Program-made: the position numbers and the translations under genes
Part shown: positions 23,229 through 34,349 of the stretch, piece after piece
Numbering within the stretch: the first letter of the stretch is position 1
Layout of the letters: every line of letters starts with the position of its first letter
NCBI RefSeq assembly: GCF_030028105.1
Contig: NC_092374.1
Span: 193,187,345-193,251,344, forward strand
Origin: Mobula birostris
Lineage: Eukaryota
Length of the DNA stretch: 64,000 nucleotides
Reading direction: 5' to 3'
The notes under the pieces: generated by a model
Databases searched by the model: none
Told to the model about the DNA's origin: nothing
What the model saw: only the letters and a program-made list of their open reading frames with translations

Positions 23229-23966
23229 ATAGTGAGGTCAGCATAGAACAGATTGGTATGTTGGAACTTTTCGGCATTAAGAACTTCTAAAAAAACATTA
23301 AGGTTAAGATTAAAGGAAAACAAAAATTATTAAAAAACATTCTTCACTCAGAGGATTGTGAGAGGGTGGAACAAGCTGCCAGCACAAGTCGTGCATGCGA
23401 GCTTGACTTCAATGTTTAAAAGAAGTTTGGACAGGTACATGAGTGGTAGGGGTAAGGAGGGCTAAGGTCCTGGTGCAAGTCAATGAGAGTAGGCAGTTTA
23501 AATGTCTCGGCACGGACTTGATGGGCCAAAGGGCCTGTTTCTGTGCAGTACATTTCTATGGGTCTAATAAATGTCAAGGGCCAGATGGTATATACCCCAG
23601 TTTATTACAGGAAGCAAGGGAAGAGATTGCTGCACCCTTGGAAATGATCTTTGCATCCTCAATGGCCTTAGGAGTGACACTAGCTGAATGGAAGGTGACA
23701 AATGACATTCCTTTGTCCAAGAAAGGTAATAAGAATATTTCTAGTGATTATGTCAATGGCAGGCAAGCTATATCCAGATCTAAAGAGATGCCCTGCTTAT
23801 TCAAAGAAAGGGGCTTCCCTTCCTCCACCATCAACGGTGCCTTCAACTGCATCTCCTCCTTTCTGCGCACATCTGCCCCGCGTCCACTGGAAACCTCAGA
23901 GCACAGATGTTTTTTTCTCTTTCTCCCGTTGTTGTCTAGTTACGCCCTCCTCAGATCCAAGAAGCC

Positions 23967-24176
23967 ATGTGTAGGAGCTGCCGCTACCCCCAGCGAGCCT
24001 CCATGGTCCCCGGGCTCTCGCTGGAGTACAGGGACGACCCGTTCCTGAAGAAGCAGAGGGGCATCGAGCCGGAGATCTTCACTTTCCAGCCAGTCGCACC
24101 AGTCAAGGACCGTGCGTCGGTCAGTGGCCGGAGCCCGGGAAAGCGTCGAGCTGTTAAAGTCCTCTATCCGGCGCAG
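23967..24176 (+). CDS. IER3: IER3/IEX-1-like paralog A, copy A2, exon 1 of 2 (ORF intact, promoter absent; possible pseudogene)
   Basis: Same protein as A1 except G4S; CAG|GTAAGT donor. Upstream of 23874 the sequence is a Penelope fragment rather than the A promoter. Confidence 0.85.
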
Positions 24177-24966
24177 GTAAGTGCCCAGTTCCTCAGAAGA
24201 TGTTAAATTGATCTTAACCCCATCTCAATCAATGTCCAATGTGCACTGCCCTTTAAAACTGAGCCAGCCGCTTAGTACTTCAAGCAACCGGCTCCTAAGC
24301 CGATTGTAGGTGCTAAGCTGGCGCGCATCTGCACGTCAGGATCAAAACTAAAAGAGAACTCACTTGTAAGATTAGGTTGATTTTGTTATAAATAGATGTG
24401 GGCTGTTTGTATCGGCTGCGAGTGAGGGAGAGTGTGGAGGAGGGGAATGTCAGCATCCCCTGTTTCTATTTGATTCCCTGCTTCAAGACTCGCAGGAAAT
24501 ACCGATGTGGGAAGGGGCGGGGGTGTAGAGCAAAATAAACGGTAAACGTTCTCCCAAGTGTCCGCATCTGGTAGTGAGGGGGACAGACTTGGATGCAGAC
24601 TTTCCTCAGTCACTTTATTCGGGCGATAGGGGTGGAGGGGAATGGCAGTTTGCAACTTGGAGCTTGGACCAGTTCTCCCTGGCATTCTCCATCCGTCCCC
24701 CCCCCCCCCCGCCCCCACCCCCTTCCACACTGGCTCTGGTTATTTATCCCTGAACCAATGCCCCATTCAGGAGTTGTTTGTGGGAACGGAAACGGGAGAT
24801 CTGATGGTTACTGATCGTGTAAAACTTTGAGCGCAAATTTTGCCTGGTGCAATCGCGATTATGAGCAGAAGACGGAACATCCCCAGTTGACTGTAAAGAG
24901 CGTTGAGTTGTTGAGCCATGATAAAATGCAATAGCAATGTTGATCGTTTCTCTTATTCATCTGCAG

Positions 24967-25341
24967 GTCAGAAAGTATCTCCCACCGGAAAAGAAGGACT
25001 GGGTAAAGAGGATGTTTTTCCTGTTCCTGGCCATTGTCCTGCTCCAGGTGTACGAAGCCACAGAGGGCAACGAGGAGCTCGCTGCTCCGGCGTCACCAGG
25101 CGACGTGACTCCGTTGTTGCCTACTAACAGATCCGCCCTGCTGCTGCCAAACCTGCCCATAACGGGGACTGAAACCAGCCCGGCCCTCGGGATCCCACGC
25201 GCCAGCCACGTCTGCGGATGGAACGGGTCGTCCCTCCACCAGGGCACTGCCGGGGATCTTCCCGATCAGCGGTGCGTCGTCTTGGACCTCCGTGAGGTCA
25301 AGAGCGGGGACGGCCTGAACTCCGGTTTCCTTGCCCTGTGA
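24967..25341 (+). CDS. IER3: IER3/IEX-1-like paralog A, copy A2, exon 2 of 2
   Basis: CTGCAG acceptor 24961-24966; translation identical to A1 exon 2. Confidence 0.85.
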   Translation, partial: VRKYLPPEKKDWVKRMFFLFLAIVLLQVYEATEGNEELAAPASPGDVTPLLPTNRSALLLPNLPITGTETSPALGIPRASHVCGWNGSSLHQGTAGDLPDQRCVVLDLREVKSGDGLNSGFLAL

Positions 25342-25806
25342 AGAGACGAGGCCGGCCTCAGTCGCTTGGGAAGTTTGACTCGGGCTTTCCTCGCCAAATA
25401 ATATGAGCCACGGTGTCAGCTCGATCGCCAGGATGCGCCGCTAGCAACCTAGCGAGGGGAGGTAGAGGTGCCTTTCCAGGTCTTGTCAGGACTTGGGGCT
25501 TGAATGTGGGGGGCCACTCCCTGTTGGACTTTGCAGACGGAGGAGATAACTGTTAAACGTCGACCACGTTTACTTATTCGTCATTTGCAAGGCTACCCCG
25601 CAGCAATTCTGGGGCAGTAAATGCCACCTAACCTGTACATTAAACATTATATATTTATCTAATATTTTATTTATGTGCTTGCTGTGTAAGCAACATTTGT
25701 TTGACTGATGGAAATATAATGTATTTTGAAACACAATCTGTTCAGGTCTCGCTTTGAGAACTTGTTTGTAACTTCATTCACAAAAGTTTAAACCGTATTA
25801 ACTGTA

Positions 25807-25831
25807 TGTTCTATGAACACATGACAATAAA
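25807..25831 (+). promoter_or_regulatory. IER3-A2 CDE stem-loop and poly(A) signal
   Basis: TGTTC-TAT-GAACA 25807-25819; AATAAA 25826-25831. Confidence 0.75.
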
Positions 25832-28800
25832 CTATTATTGGGGAATATCTTGTCTTATGGTTTTACTAATAGGCAATGAGCAACTTTTTAAGTAAGTTCA
25901 ATGGTAATTGCAATGTTTGAAGCGTAACTTTGGACAGAACTGCAACATTTTAATATTCTGTCTTTGTGTTCCAATACTGTACAACAGCAGGAGTAGGTTC
26001 ATTATTTTCCACCTTAATTCTTCTGTAGATGACCCATAAGCATTGAAAACTGCCTGTGTCACTGCTATGCTTTAGTTGTGATCTAAAAAGTACCCATTTG
26101 TGAGTTACAAGCTGGAATCTAATTGAAGAATTTGAGTAGTTTTACATAGAATAATGGGTTAGAGTTCTTGAGTTGTAGAAGAACAGAACAGGCCTGTCAG
26201 TTCAAAGGTTCCATTTAATTTCAGAGAATGTATACAATAGACAACATGAAATTCTTACTCTCCACAGACATCCTCAAAACAGGGGGAAAAAAAACTCAGT
26301 GAATGACAGAAAAAAGCCCCCTGCCAGCCTCCCATGCACCAGCAGCATCAGCCATACCCCTTTCCACCCTCATTCTAATATAAAGCATCAGTATTCCCAC
26401 CAATCACCATGCAAGCAACAGCAAAGGTCACGAGAGTACATCAAAAACTAACTGTTCACTCCAATGTTTTCGACATCCCACAGGCACCGTCCCTCACTCA
26501 CAAGGGACAGACAAATATCACTCTTTCCACAGGGAGAGAGCAGACATACAGGCATTGTTTCAATATCACAGTTCAAAGCATCAGTTTTTATTTTGAGTTC
26601 CCTGACTTGAGAATCGGCAGCAAACTCTCCATTGCCATTTTCAGAGAGTGATCAGATTTCTCCAACAGACACTCACACTGTCTTTGATGTTCCAGCTCCC
26701 ACTATACTTCAGTTCATGACACTGGCAATAATTTGTCAGACTTCAGGCCAAACCCGGACATATTAAAACGTGGCCAATCTGCGAGTTCCAAGAGCAGCCA
26801 TGCAGAACCGTAGTTTGAATGCCGCTGTAGATCAAAGATCCCAACAGGACCGCACAACACCATGAGAAAGCAAAATAGAGACATCACAGTAGGAAGAATT
26901 TAACCACATTGTTGGGATGTCCAATATAAACAGCTCTACAATCAATTTAACCCTTCCGTCTTACATAGCCCACAACTCTCTGTTTTTCTTTCATCCCTCT
27001 GCCTATTTAAGAGTCTCCTAAATGTCCCTATTGTACCAACCTCAATCATCATCTTCAGCAGTGCCTTCCCGGCACCAACCACCCACAAGCAAAAAAAAAC
27101 AACCTCAGGCATCAAATACCATCAAAGGACTTGGTAAATGTTGTTACTGATCTTGTCTCCATCAGGTCCAGCTCATTCCAGGTAACCACTGCTCTTTGTG
27201 TGAAAAAATTATCACTCAGACTCTCTTTAACCCTGCGCTCTCTCATTTAAACCTATGCCATCTAGTTCTAGTCATCCCTATCATCCAGTTGTAGTCATTC
27301 CTGTTATCATGGAAAATAGACACTGGCTGTCTACCCTAAAATGTATATAAGTTTATCCTGTCATCTCTCAGTGTCCTACACCCCAGGCTAAACAGACCCC
27401 CCTCCCATCCAATCTCTCCTCATAACTCAAGCCCTCCAATCTAACATACACGTGACTCTGTTCTACACTCTCTCCATTGTAACCCCATCTCTTCCTGCTG
27501 TGCAGTGACAGAACTGCACACAAGACTCCAAGTGCTGCTTTGTACAACTATTATAAACAATGCGTCATTTGTTGAAGCTGAGTGTAAGTGCTGCAGGCTG
27601 GCATCTGGTGGAATAGCAGATACATGGAGTGATCTCAGGCTGGTATGTAATACAGGGGTTCAGGGGTTTATATATGAACTAATTGATCCCTGGGAATGAG
27701 AACAGGCTGGAATACAATCCAAGGATTTAGGGCATTGATATATAAATTAATGAGTAACAAGGAATGAGTTACAGGCTCGGATCTAATACAGAGGTTCAGG
27801 CATTTTTACGTATAGAATAATGCACCCCTGGCAGGGAGTCACTGGTGTGGATTGGTCCAGGGTTTATCTCATAAATGGAATAAAAAATTGCCTGAGAGTG
27901 AATTACAGGCTGGAATTTAATCCAGGGGTTCAGAGGATACAATATGGCATAACGGACCGCCAGGAGTGAGTCACACTGGGGTCTGATCCACAGATTCAGG
28001 CATTGTATATATAGAATTATCTTCTCCAAAGATCATCACCTTGTTGTGGTAAAGAGGCTTGTGAGTTCCTGAGATCCAGAAAGTGATGCTGTCTGGAGAT
28101 TAGCCATCTGGTGCTTAGCTCCTGGTAGGATCACCCATGGCGGTAAGGTCAAAGGGGAAGGTTCAGGCAGGGAGCAATCCAACCAAGACCTCACTGATGG
28201 AGCTGGCAGAAGATGATGACAGCGGTGAAGGGGCAGGAAGGCTGCAGCAATGAAGGATCCACAGCCGTCTTGCATTCCATGTCACAGGTCCTGACTCCGA
28301 TCTGTCAAAGACCATGTGGTTGCTGGCCGTGCTCATCCTCTCCATGTTAAACAAAGTCATGCATGGGTTTTCTCCTTTAATGGAATCCATCCTAACATCT
28401 GGAACCCCTTTGGAGACCATTGTACTCAACTCAAGTGATCACGTTAGTACTATGTGTACAGATTCATGGACCCCCAAGAGTGAATTACAGGCTGGAATAT
28501 AATCCAGGGGTTCAGATCTTTTATATAAAGATATTGGATCCCTCAAGGTGAGATACGGGCTAGAATCTAATTTAAGGTTTTGTGAAGATTAATGAATAGC
28601 TTGGAGTAAGTAACAGGCTGAAACCATATTGAAAGGTTGGGATGGTTTATATATGTATGGATGTCAGAGGGCATTGAGAAGGGCATGACTGTCAGTGGCC
28701 AACCTGCAGTGGAGAAGTGAGTTCCAGGATATGAAAACCACCCCGACATAATTTGCTGTGAGAAGGGAGTGAAATTCAGTCACCGTCGACATGAACAGAT

Positions 28801-29685
28801 GGGATAACATGAGAGAGTCCCATCCTGTCACAGAGTAGTTACAGTACCAATGTCAATGGCCTTCCATATATTGGCGAGACTTGACGCAGGCTGGGAGAAT
28901 GTTTCGCTGAACACCTATGCTCTGTCTGCCAGAGAAAGCAGGATCTCCCAGTGGCCACACATTTTAATTCCATGTCCCATCCCCATTTTGATATGTCTAT
29001 CCATGGTCTCCTCTACTGTCGAGATGAAACCACACTCAGTCTGGAGGAACAAAACCTTATATTCTGTCTGGGTAGTCTCCAACCTGATGGCATGAATATT
29101 GACTTCTCTAACTTCCATTAATGCCCCACCTCCCCTTTGTACCCCAAACCCTTATTTATTTATTATTTTTTTCTCTCTTTTTTCTCCCTCTGTCCCTCTC
29201 ACTGTAACTCCTTGCCCATCCTCTGGGCTCTCCTCCCCATTTCTTCCTCCCCAGGCTTCCCGTCCAATGATCCTCTCCCTTCTGCAGCCTCGTATCCCTT
29301 TTGCCAATCAACTGTCCAGCTCTTGGCTCTATCCCTCCCCCTCCTGTCTTCTCCTATCATTTCGGATCTCCCCCTCCCCTTCCCTCTTTCAAATCTCTTA
29401 CTATCTCTTCTTTCAGTTAGTCCCGACAAAGGGTCTCGGCCCGAAACGTCGACTGTACCTCTTCCTAGAGATGCTGCCCAGCCTACTGCATTCACCAGCA
29501 TTTTTTTTATATGTGTATTGCTTGAATTTCCAGCATCTGCAGATTTACTCGGGTTTGCGATATTAAAATGCCGCCGGTCTGTCCAAAATTAGGCTTCAAA
29601 ACATTGCAATTACCATGGAGCTTATTTTAAAAGTTCCTCATTGCCTATCAGTAAAACCATAAGGTAAGATATTCCCCAATAATAG

Positions 29686-29710
29686 TTTATTACCATGTGT
29701 TCACGGAACA
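29686..29710 (-). promoter_or_regulatory. IER3-B2 CDE stem-loop and poly(A) signal
   Basis: Minus strand TGTTC-CGT-GAACA 29710-29698; AATAAA 29691-29686. Confidence 0.8.
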
Positions 29711-30022
29711 TACAGTTAATATGGTTTAAACTTTTATGAATGAAGTTACAAACAAGTTCTCAAAGCGAGTTTTGAACAGCTTGTGTTCCAAAATACTTTA
29801 TATTTCCATCAATCAAACCAAAGTCGCTCGCACAGCAAGCACATAATAAAATATTAGATGAATAAATAATAGTTAATGTACAGGTTAGGTGGCATTTACT
29901 GCCCTAGGATTGCGTATGCTGTGGGGGGTAGTCTAGTAACTGACGAAGTCTCAGCGTGGTCGAAGTTGAACAGTTACTCCCTCTGTCTGTCTGCAAAGTC
30001 CTGCAGGGAGTGCCCCCCACGT

Positions 30023-30319
30023 TCAAACCCCAAGTCCTGGAAAGATTCCCCCCTCCATCTCCCCTCTGAGTTGCAAACGGTGCTTCTTGGCGATCACGCT
30101 GATCCCGAGGGCTGGGCTAGCGGTGGCGCCAGCCCCCGGCATGGGCAGGTTTGGCAGCAGCAGGGCGGATCTGTTGGTGGGCAACAACGGTGCCGCCGCA
30201 ACAGCGAGCTCCTCGTTGCCCTCCGTGGCTTCGTACACCTGGAGCAGGACAATGGACAGGAACAGGAAAAACATCCTCTTTACCCAGTCTTTCTTTTTCG
30301 GTGGGAGATACTTTCTGAC
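30023..30319 (-). CDS. IER3: IER3/IEX-1-like paralog B, copy B2, exon 2 of 2 (joined protein 168 aa)
   Basis: Acceptor 30325-30320; translation identical to B1 exon 2. Confidence 0.88.
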   Translation of the reverse strand, partial: VRKYLPPKKKDWVKRMFFLFLSIVLLQVYEATEGNEELAVAAAPLLPTNRSALLLPNLPMPGAGATASPALGISVIAKKHRLQLRGEMEGGIFPGLGV

Positions 30320-31506
30320 CTGCAGATAAATAAGAGAAACGATCAACATTGAGCCATGATAAATACAATAGCAATAATTCAAAACTCTTTACAGTCAACG
30401 GAAGATGTTCTGACTTCTGCTCATAATCGCTAAGTTTGCGCGCAGAAAATTTCCCACAAACAGCAATCATCAGATCCGCACGCCTCAATGGGATATTGGT
30501 TCAGCGGTAAGTAACCCGAACAGCGGCGGGGAAGGGGGTGGGGCGGTAGCATGGAGAATTGGCCCAAGCTGCAAACTGCCACCCCTCCCACCTTTCCCTC
30601 GAGCAACGTGCTTGAGGAAGGTCTGCACAATTAGGCCACTCGGCCCCCTCCAATCCCGGAGACTGACACTAGGAAGGACCTTCCCCGTTCACATCTGAGC
30701 GAGTCTTGGAGCAACGTGACCAAACAGAAATAAGAGGGGCTGACAATCCTCTCCTGCAGACTCCCCTTCACGCCCTCTCACTCCCAGCCAATACAAACGG
30801 TCCAAATCAATCTACTTTAACTTGCAAGTGGCTCCTCTTTTAGTTTTGATCCTGACATGCAGATGCACCCCTGCTTAGCGCTTACAATCTGCTTGGGAGC
30901 TCGCCGGATAAGATGGGGTCGGGTGCTTGAAGTACTCAGCGGCTGGCTCCGATTTAAAAGGGCAGCGCGCATTGCTCATCGATGGAGATGGGTTTAAGAT
31001 CATTCAATGTCTTCTGCACTCCGCTTCTCTTCTTCTTTGCATACCATCCAGACAGATTGTGCCATTCCCAAGTGCATGAATGCATTTAGGTATGACCTGC
31101 TTGGATGGCGAGCAGACTAAAGCTTTTCACTGCATCCCGTACGTGGCTACAATAAACCTATCTGCCTTCATTGGGTCCACAAGACATGGGTGCAGAATTA
31201 GGCCATTCGTCCCAGCTCTGCTTCGCCACTTTATCATGGCTGATTTTTTAACCCCCCCTCGACGCCATTCGTGGGCTTTACCCCCGTAATTTTTGACGCC
31301 CTTGCGAATCAAGTCTATTGAACCCCGCTTTAAATATACCCAAGGACTTGTCTGTGGCGGTGCGCTCTACAGCTATACCACCCCTGGCTGAAGAAATTGC
31401 CCATTCACTTTAATTATCTGCAGCGTGGCATTAACAGCTAATACGATGAGGTACGTACACGACGGGCTGAATGGCCTCTTGCGTAAGGGGAGATGGGGGC
31501 ACTTAC

Positions 31507-31716
31507 CTGCGCCGGATAGAGGACTTTCACAGCTCGGCGCCTTCCCGGGCTCTGGCCACTGACCGACGTACTGCTCTTGACCGGTGCGACGGTCTCGAAG
31601 GTGAAGATCTCCGGCTCGATGCTCCTCTGCTTCTTCAGGAATGGGTCGCCCCTATATTCCAGCGAGAGCCCGGGGACCATGGAGGCTCGCTGGGGGTAGT
31701 GGCAGCTCCTACACAT
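31507..31716 (-). CDS. IER3: IER3/IEX-1-like paralog B, copy B2, exon 1 of 2 (promoter retained)
   Basis: ATG 31716-31714; MCRSCHYP...EPEIFTF...VLYPAQ|GTAAGT (donor 31506-31501). The longer N-terminus in the ORF track (from 31842) reads through promoter DNA. Confidence 0.88.
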
Positions 31717-31794
31717 GGCTTCTTGGAGGATGTAACTAGGCAGCAACCTGCAAAGGTGAAAAAACCATCTGTGTTCTGAGGTTTTCCAGAGACG

Positions 31795-32243
31795 CGGGAG
31801 CAATTTAATGCGCAGCCGGTCCCCGCCTTTCTCAGGTCTCACTGACCGATTGGATGCACTTGATCCCGCCTCCTGTCACACCAGCTTTGAGACAGCACGT
31901 TAGATCCCCTTTTTATTTCGGAAAATCTCTGGAGAGCCTAGAGCAAACCAGTGCAAGTTACAGCCTGGCTGTTTTGACAGTAAGCAGCTTACTTTTGTCG
32001 ACATTGTAGATACAGTCTTACCGAAAGAATTTGAGCCGTGAATCGATTCCAGCTCGCACTCTTCCAGTCCCTAAACTTAGCCCCAACACGAAGTCTGCAG
32101 CTGCGTTCTTCAATCTTTTAAGATATGTCCCATTGCTTAGAAAGGACATGAACCGACGTAGGTACCGGGGGGAGTAAGAGAACACTCGGCCTCCGTCCCA
32201 TCTGCCTTCTCATTACAGCAGTCATAAACACAATAGATTCTGC
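31795..32243 (-). promoter_or_regulatory. IER3-B2 proximal promoter, homologous to the A1 promoter (about 5175-5600)
   Basis: Minus strand: GGAGGCGGG 31873-31865, CCAAT 31853-31849, GGCGGGG 31827-31821, TATA-like ATTAAAT 31809-31803. Confidence 0.7.
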
Positions 32244-32373
32244 NNNNNNNNNNNNNNNNNNNNNNNNNNNNNNNNNNNNNNNNNNNNNNNNNNNNNNNNN
32301 NNNNNNNNNNNNNNNNNNNNNNNNNNNNNNNNNNNNNNNNNNNNNNNNNNNNNNNNNNNNNNNNNNNNNNNNN
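32244..32373. other. Assembly gap (130 N)
   Basis: Run of N in the sequence. Confidence 1.
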
Positions 32374-32799
32374 CCATTCCATTCTAGCTCCCCTCTTAAC
32401 CCTTCTGCTCTCCTCACTTGCCCTTCACTTTACCCTGGTGCCCCTCCTCCATTCCTTTCTCCCATAGTCCACAGTCCTCTCCTATCCGATTCTTTCTTCT
32501 CCCTCCCAGCTTCTTATTTCATCCCCCTCTCCTACTCAACTACTTACACCCCTCCCCCCATATTCTGATCCAGCCTGATTTGCCGAGTTTCTCCATCATT
32601 TTGTATGTGTTACTCTGGAGGAACTGAGCATGCCAGGCAGCATCTGTGGAGGGGAATAAACAGATGATGGTCCCAGTTGAGACTCTTTATCAGGATAACG
32701 ACATTCACCCTGCTGTTCTAACTTTCATCTTTCCCCTACTTATCAAGGTTTTATCTGTCCTTGTTTTAAGATACGCAATGGCCCTTTGAGAAAGAGGGT

Positions 32800-34349
32800 A
32801 CAAACCCAACATCCTCCCAATGAAAGGTGAGCTCATCAGTTTCAGCCACTTCGCCTCTAACTTCCACCCTGCCCATAAATTCACTTGGTCCATCTCTGAC
32901 ATCTCCCTCCTCTTTCTCGATCTCTCTATTTTCATCTCTGGAGACAAACTGCCAACAGACATCTTTTATAAACCTATTGATTCCCAGAGTTGTGTCGATC
33001 TATACCTCTTCCCACCTTATCTCCTCTAAAGATGCTATTCTCTTTCCTCAGTCCCTCTGCCTTTGCCGTATCTGTTCTCAGGACATGATTTTCCATTCCA
33101 GGACATCAGAGAACAGGGTTTCCCTCCCTCCAATATTGATGCTAGGGCAACCGGTGGTGTAGTGGTATCTGTGATGGGGCGAGAGGTCTCAGGTTCAAAT
33201 CTGGCTGGCTCCTTGTACGCTTTCCATCTGTGCTGGGTTGAGCGTCAAGCTGGAAACACATAAAAAAACAGATAAAAATGCTAAAGAAATAGCAAGAGTG
33301 CTGGCCAATGCTCCATGAGACATGACCAGGAACAACAACTATTGATGCTGCCCTCCCCCGCATCACCTCCATTCCCCGAACATCTGCGCTCACTCCATCT
33401 TCCCACAGTCTTAATAGTGATAGAGTTCCTCTTGTCCTTACCTCCCACCCCATCAGCTTCTGCATCCAACATATCCTCCACAACTTCTGCCATCTCCAAA
33501 GGGATCCCACCACTAAACATATCTTGACCTCCCTCCCCTCCACTTTTCATAGGGTTTGTTCCACGATTTCCTTGTCCATTCGTCCCTCCTCACTAATCTC
33601 CCCGCTGGCACAACCCTGCAGACAGCTCAAGTGCTACACCTGCTCATGCACCTCCTCCCTTATCTCTATTTAGGGCCCCAAACAGTCCTTCCAGGTGAGG
33701 AAACACTCACCTAGAAATCTGCTGGGGTCATCTATCATGTCTGGTTCTCTCAATGCACCCGCCTCTACGTTGGAGAGACCCATCGTGAATTGAGGGATCA
33801 CTTCGTTGAGCAGCTCTGCTCCACCATCCACAAGCAGAACTTCCCAGTGGCCAAACATTTTAATTTCCATTCCCATTCCCGTTTCAACATGTCTGTCCAT
33901 GGCCTCCTCTTTTGCCAAGATCCGGCCACCTCAGGGTGGAGGAGCAACATATTATTTTTATGTCTGAGTAGCCTCCAACCTGATGGCATGAATATCAATT
34001 TCTCCTTCCAGTAAAAAAAATGACCCCCCCCCATCGCTTCATCTCTGACCTTTTACCTCTTCTCATCTGCCTATCATTTCCCTCTGGGTCTCTTCTTCCT
34101 CCCCTTTCTCCTATGGACCACCCTCTTCTCCTATCAGATTCCTTCTTCCCTAGTCCTTGACTTTTCCCAACAACGGCTTCACCTTTCACCTTCCAGCTAG
34201 CCTCCTTTTCCTCTCCCCACCTTCTTATTCTGGCTGCTTCCCCCTTCCTTTTCAGTCCTGAAGAACAGTCTTGGCCCGAAATGTCAACTATATATTAATC
34301 TCCATAGATGCTGCCTGACCTGCTGAGTTCCTCCATCATTTTGTGTTGT
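32800..34349 (+). mobile_element. Penelope-like element (RT C-terminus, GIY-YIG region, terminal repeat), degenerate
   Basis: SNFHPAHKFT...FLDLSI...TDIFYKP motif typical of PLE reverse transcriptase (ORF 32820-33029), followed by a Cys motif and the YVGET region. Confidence 0.85.
33144..33339 (+). mobile_element. tRNA-derived SINE nested in the Penelope element
   Basis: A box TGGTGTAGTGG 33155-33165, B box GGTTCAAATCT 33192-33202, (AAC)3 tail, and a 10-bp TSD TATTGATGCT at 33134-33143 and 33340-33349. Confidence 0.85.

Larger units (their letters stand above)
5589..23878 (+). repeat. Tandem segmental duplication, unit 1 (lacks the 1975-bp segment present in unit 2)
   Basis: ORFs repeat at offset 18284-18285 (5589-13450) and 20257-20259 (13451-23878). 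Near-identical by eye. Confidence 0.97.

Noticed and set aside
31438-31842. 134-aa ORF suggesting an N-terminally extended IER3-B
   Set aside because: It starts at a non-ATG codon inside the promoter, upstream of the TATA-like box, and runs into the intron. The conserved ATG is at 31716.
33144-33210. tRNA-like A and B boxes
   Set aside because: No cloverleaf; the body, (AAC)n tail and TSD identify a SINE.
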